This document shows, piece after piece, positions 60,901 to 64,000 of a DNA stretch of 64,000 nt. The stretch covers positions 2,112,001-2,176,000 of the forward strand of contig OY782781.1 of assembly GCA_963678315.1 (NCBI GenBank), written 5' to 3'. The stretch comes from Candidatus Cloacimonadales bacterium (GTDB taxonomy: Bacteria; Cloacimonadota; Cloacimonadia; Cloacimonadales; JAFGVF01). The notes below the pieces were generated by a model that was not told the origin of the DNA, did not search any database, and was given only the letters and a program-made list of their open reading frames with translations. Within the stretch, counting starts at the first letter, position 1. Every line of letters begins with the position of its first letter. Made by a program: the position numbers and the translations under genes.

Positions 60901-62597
60901 TCTACTAATTCTTCTAACTTAGGTACACATGGCACCTCAAAATACACGATATCAGTACGTCCCTCATAAAAAAGCTCTAACGAAAATCTAATATTTCTCC
61001 CATAAGGAGAGGAGTCAGAAATAATAAAGTCGCTACTAGAATCAAAGCCAAGAGAGCTAATTGGATTCCATTGCCCATTTCCTTCATCTATATTAATGAA
61101 AGGGTCATCGGTTGTAAGATGTCCTACTACAACATCACTACCTGATTCCCACCAATTCTTAAGGGATATGCTAAGACGTACTTCATCTTCTCCTGTGGAC
61201 AAAACTCCATCTCCTGTATCATCAACAGTAACATTATGAAGTCTATAGGCAGGATGATTCCCTTCAGTGAGAGCTCGATAAACATTCAAACGCCCTGTTC
61301 CCAGAGCACGCATATACATAGAATTTGTATTCATTTGCGTTAGGTCATCTGCAGTTCCCTTTAACCTTTGGATAATTTGTTCTCGGGTTAGATCTGGGAA
61401 TGTATCTTTTATCAATGCTACAGCACCAGAAACCATTGGTGCAGACATTGATGTTCCATCAGCGTATTCATAATTGCTACTCCATGGATTATATGGTAAA
61501 TTATGATTAGTAAACTCTTCATTCTGAGGGGTGGTTGAAACTATTCCATTGCCAGGTGCACAGATATCAAGCAAGTTCCCGTAGTTTGTATAAGATGCTT
61601 TAGCGTCATTGATTCCTGTAGCTCCAACAGAAATAACTCCTGGTATATTTGCTGGGAAAGCAATACTGTTTGCACCCTCATTACCAGCAGCAGCTACAAA
61701 TACGATATTATAATCTTCTAACATTATTGATGAAATTCTATTCCTTAACGTCTGGTTGATAGCATTAGGCACTCCCCAACTCATATTTACAACTTCTGCT
61801 CCATTCCTAAACGCCCAATTTATCCCAATTACAGCGAAACTTGCACTTGGTAATATATTGCTCATTCTTACAGGCATCAGCTGGCAACCAGACTCAAGGT
61901 TATTCCATCCTCCTGCTACACCTGCTACTCCGAGTGAGTTATTTGTTGATGCTCCAATAATCCCAGCAACATGAGTACCGTGCCCACTTTTATCTTGTGG
62001 TATATTAACATCTTCATCATCGAAATTAAGATATCCTAATACATTAAAGCCATGAGCTCCTTGTCCATCATCCCAAAGGTTACTTTCCAAATCAGGATGT
62101 ATTCCATAATCATTAATACCTAAATCAATACCTGAATCCAGCACAGCAACCTTAACATTACCTCCATAAGCTATTTGGTTACTCCATACTTGATTCATGC
62201 CTATTTTTTCTAAACCCAAGGATGTTGAATTATATGAGTCATCAGTGTTTATTCCGAACAACTCTAGTTCATGGTCAGGTTCTGCATATTCAATATTGCT
62301 TTCTTTCTCTAAATTGAAAATTACATCTTCAATATCGTACATCTTATTAAATTCAGCCAGATAGTAAGCCCCTTCATAATCACCTGTTTGGATGGTAAAC
62401 AATGTGTCCATTTTACTGATTTGATAGTTAGAGGCAATAGTATTAAACCAAGTTCTATCAGTTATTACTACTCCAGAGTTGTTTCCTGTAACATTGATTA
62501 AAACATCACTCTTAAAGAGAATATTTCCTTCTACAAAATTAGCTGATAAAGTGCTTATAACAATAATTAAAGTGATAAAAACTATTATCTTCTTCAT
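57975..62597 (-). CDS. Secreted subtilisin-family (S8) serine protease with FG-GAP-like repeats, beta-helix, TPR-like region and FlgD-Ig/T9SS-like C-terminus
   Basis: Catalytic triad VAVLDSG, HGTHVAG, GTSMSAP; AAAGN oxyanion motif; DMNNDGLDE/DLTGNGRMD repeats; CYPNPFNP...ASGMYFY tail. Confidence 0.9.
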   Translation of the reverse strand: MKKIIVFITLIIVISTLSANFVEGNILFKSDVLINVTGNNSGVVITDRTWFNTIASNYQISKMDTLFTIQTGDYEGAYYLAEFNKMYDIEDVIFNLEKESNIEYAEPDHELELFGINTDDSYNSTSLGLEKIGMNQVWSNQIAYGGNVKVAVLDSGIDLGINDYGIHPDLESNLWDDGQGAHGFNVLGYLNFDDEDVNIPQDKSGHGTHVAGIIGASTNNSLGVAGVAGGWNNLESGCQLMPVRMSNILPSASFAVIGINWAFRNGAEVVNMSWGVPNAINQTLRNRISSIMLEDYNIVFVAAAGNEGANSIAFPANIPGVISVGATGINDAKASYTNYGNLLDICAPGNGIVSTTPQNEEFTNHNLPYNPWSSNYEYADGTSMSAPMVSGAVALIKDTFPDLTREQIIQRLKGTADDLTQMNTNSMYMRALGTGRLNVYRALTEGNHPAYRLHNVTVDDTGDGVLSTGEDEVRLSISLKNWWESGSDVVVGHLTTDDPFINIDEGNGQWNPISSLGFDSSSDFIISDSSPYGRNIRFSLELFYEGRTDIVYFEVPCVPKLEELVDLSTYQLTSEVAIFDMNNDGLDELAFGLKKPINDSFEYFACLYRNSHLFMEIVNDSIITKPAFGDIIYGDNAEVVFVTNAVTVYAYDSNLDDINQYPITFSNQLSGDVKSLIVDDLTGNGRMDILVNGNDYDNDSGFYGTITQHNYPSTDLETEYYTINGSRFLSEMAVGNVDQTLYREFTAVVSGSNNGSDNWVGIFKGNFVSGSKDDYVNVGDIEWVIDPGIDSITNLRSTNLLLVKPQFTNPDEPVYHNRLFFGITKDFHPGIERTTSYTTYCYDFGDEDPVQIWSHVDNTPSPIDEIDNIDLTPGKIIAGDFYPDNFGIEILTTASEEVLDVEQGYRINHTTNDYSSENGGYYHKNRRPSLLADLGESNIQDVVLSKDNELSVYQVNEEPLQSYNINFFANIKSMAIGSAFSTSIRDLYVLVGNQDTNEAKIYRIPIKNNNIDEMDEWTQFSNNERNTAQYLYNIPSVVDESIHIRQDVVINKNICIDPGVGVKVNPGIEIRIRNKNFINNNGEFHFNGTELYPVVVKGMCPNTIQDHWLGISSVNNSSLIVNNTYLSNAEIGLEMYDNGTYVLKNSILNNNEVSILAYDVLVDFGHDKILNSDIGIASYKSAVPYLAYNGTGENKISDNGVGLLAVQSQPYLHEGFNNFTNIQAGQLNIVTENMKSQIKADQNWWGHTNETDIKSTFSQYEDINYDHWLTTPNGSAGRDGMNEPFYLAENARINSNWDMAIQYYYQVLNDSLLTDADFQVLKGITVCHSKTNQVPDLIEWIDAKLISYPNQNDFRRELLNTKALCNRLIYNFQGAIDHYASIIESPPTYNDSCFAVIDMGSAWLESGGKCTTKYSSLMPRSRNDHIMNTRKILASLRNPENTQSQVIPLKPVLYNCYPNPFNPSTNIRYFIPQKSRVKLNIYNVRGQKVKTLLDSDMEKGQYQIVWNGNNNQNKKVASGMYFYKLESNKQAVVKKCLLIK

Positions 62598-62617
62598 TTC
62601 TTCCTCCTATTTATTTG

Positions 62618-63574
62618 CTATTTTATAATTGTAATTTTCTTTACTTGGCTTCTTTTCCCATCTTTAACCTTGAGAAAGTATATACCTGATGGATAATCTA
62701 GATTTTGAATTCGAGAAAGCCCGTTCTTTGTTGATATCTTATTTTCAGAATAAACTAATCTACCTCTAAGGTCATAAAGAGATAGATTTATATTCTTATC
62801 ACTTTTTTCCATAAATTCAATATTGAAACTGTTTATACAAGGTTGTGGATATATCTGTTTGATTAGCTGATTCTGCATAGGTTCAACCTCTTCAGAATTT
62901 GACACTGTTTTATGGTAGGTTACGATTAGGTGTGGATCATATGGAGCAGATGAAGTTGGATTATTTGAATATGAAACATAATCTGCTTCATATAGTCCTA
63001 TATCATGACCTGGTGGGAATATCAGCCTAAACTGAGAATAACCATGCGATTGTTCAATATCGTTAAGATAGCTCTCAGTAATCGGAAATGAGACCCAACC
63101 AACAAAAGCACTGTCCTGCAAGATCCCCACATTGGAAGTAAGTGGGGTAACATCAAAAACGGAAGGAGTTAAAGTCTCAAATTGTATATGATCAATAATA
63201 ACTGAGTAGGGTTGAGAATAGTAGTGTGGCCATATAAGGTCAATACCATTATCCCAATAGTACTGACATTTAAGGCGTAACATTACACTTGATATAGCGT
63301 AATCATTGGGAACTGGTTTAGTCTCAAATGTAATAAACGATCTGAAATCAAAAATACCTGTTCCAATAAACTGAGCATAACCATAACCAATATCTAAGGT
63401 TGATTGATTGGGAAAGTTGTAATAATTCTGATAATCCATACTATGGTATATAGTCCCAGTCATAGGATTAGGCTCAGAGTATATTGTATCAACAAGAACT
63501 GATTCATATCTATCAGAATATAGCTGTAGAATTATGCTAAATAGAATTAATAAGATTAAGAGATGTCTCTTCAT
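62618..63574 (-). CDS. Secreted protein with T9SS type-A (Por secretion tail)-like C-terminal domain
   Basis: Signal peptide MKRHLLIL and IYPQP...LYDLRGRLV...SGIYFLKV...KKI tail. ATG 63574 follows a GGAGG RBS. Confidence 0.75.
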   Translation of the reverse strand: MKRHLLILLILFSIILQLYSDRYESVLVDTIYSEPNPMTGTIYHSMDYQNYYNFPNQSTLDIGYGYAQFIGTGIFDFRSFITFETKPVPNDYAISSVMLRLKCQYYWDNGIDLIWPHYYSQPYSVIIDHIQFETLTPSVFDVTPLTSNVGILQDSAFVGWVSFPITESYLNDIEQSHGYSQFRLIFPPGHDIGLYEADYVSYSNNPTSSAPYDPHLIVTYHKTVSNSEEVEPMQNQLIKQIYPQPCINSFNIEFMEKSDKNINLSLYDLRGRLVYSENKISTKNGLSRIQNLDYPSGIYFLKVKDGKRSQVKKITIIK

Positions 63575-64000
63575 TTTTTCCTCCATTTTAATGTATAAAT
63601 TATATATAATGTGTGGTTATGAAAAAGCAATATTTATATAATCATCATCAAGATTTAATCTGATAATAATCAAGTAATAGTTTATTTCAAAGCTGCTCCT
63701 TGAACTTCTTTCAATTTCTAAACTGAGTCACTAATATAATATTTAGCAAAAACCAATTTGAGAATAATTAGTATTTCACTAATTGTCAATTGCTTTATTT
63801 ATAATTTATATAAAAGAGGTGTCAGAAAAGTTTTTTTTTATGCTAAAATGGACAATCTAAGACTGATAATTTCAAGCGATGTTAACATGCATGCCAATAG
63901 TTTCTGCCCCAAAAAAAAGATTTAATGCAGAAAATCTCTTATAAATAAAGATAATTTGGGTAAAATATATAAAATTAGTGCTTATAAAACCTAGAAATTG

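Noticed and set aside
738..61974. Numerous 60-140-aa antisense or alternate-frame ORFs in the track (e.g. 7497-7808, 32476-32871, 44166-44594, 54465-54839)
   Set aside because: They are shadows of well-supported genes, with no motifs or RBS evidence.
63811..63910. Right end of the Mu-like element (ggtgtca at 63818-63824)
   Set aside because: Only a 7-bp match, with no repeated tttccat/aacgat sites, no GTATC duplication and no VOC 5' remnant.
1..64000. rRNA/tRNA genes
   Set aside because: No GC-rich rRNA-like tract or tRNA cloverleaf was recognised by eye; tRNAscan-SE and Infernal would be needed to exclude them formally.

Overview
AT-rich bacterial chromosomal window. The organism is probably Candidatus Cloacimonadota or a related FCB-group anaerobe, inferred from several secreted proteins with FlgD-Ig/T9SS-like 'YPNPFNP...SGVYF...KKM' C-termini. 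Positions 1-45.4 kb are mostly housekeeping or metabolic genes: NUDIX, a degenerate HisRS paralog, CorC/HlyC, ybeY, three methyltransferases, hsp20 with two CIRCE-like boxes, ybaB-recR-ribE, a Rad3/DinG helicase, ABC-F, hutI, dapD, psuG, ChaN proteins, yigZ and a proline/sarcosine-dehydrogenase-like pair. The intergenic spaces hold several REP-like palindrome families, including a ~6.8 x 134-bp tandem array at 40547-41455. From ~45457 a Mu-like transposable prophage begins, apparently inserted into the 5' end of a VOC gene. It carries a cleavable S24 repressor, a Ner-like gene, MuA, MuB, DUF3164, a GemA-like gene, TerS, TerL and MuF, with no portal gene at the usual place. Directly after it, on the opposite strand, lie a tight three-gene operon (soluble unknown + multi-TM protein + DUF4062-Mrr nuclease; candidate novel anti-phage system) and two secreted cargo genes, one a 1540-aa S8 protease. 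The element's right end is not visible. No rRNA, tRNA or CRISPR array was recognised. All family calls are by motif recognition, not database search.
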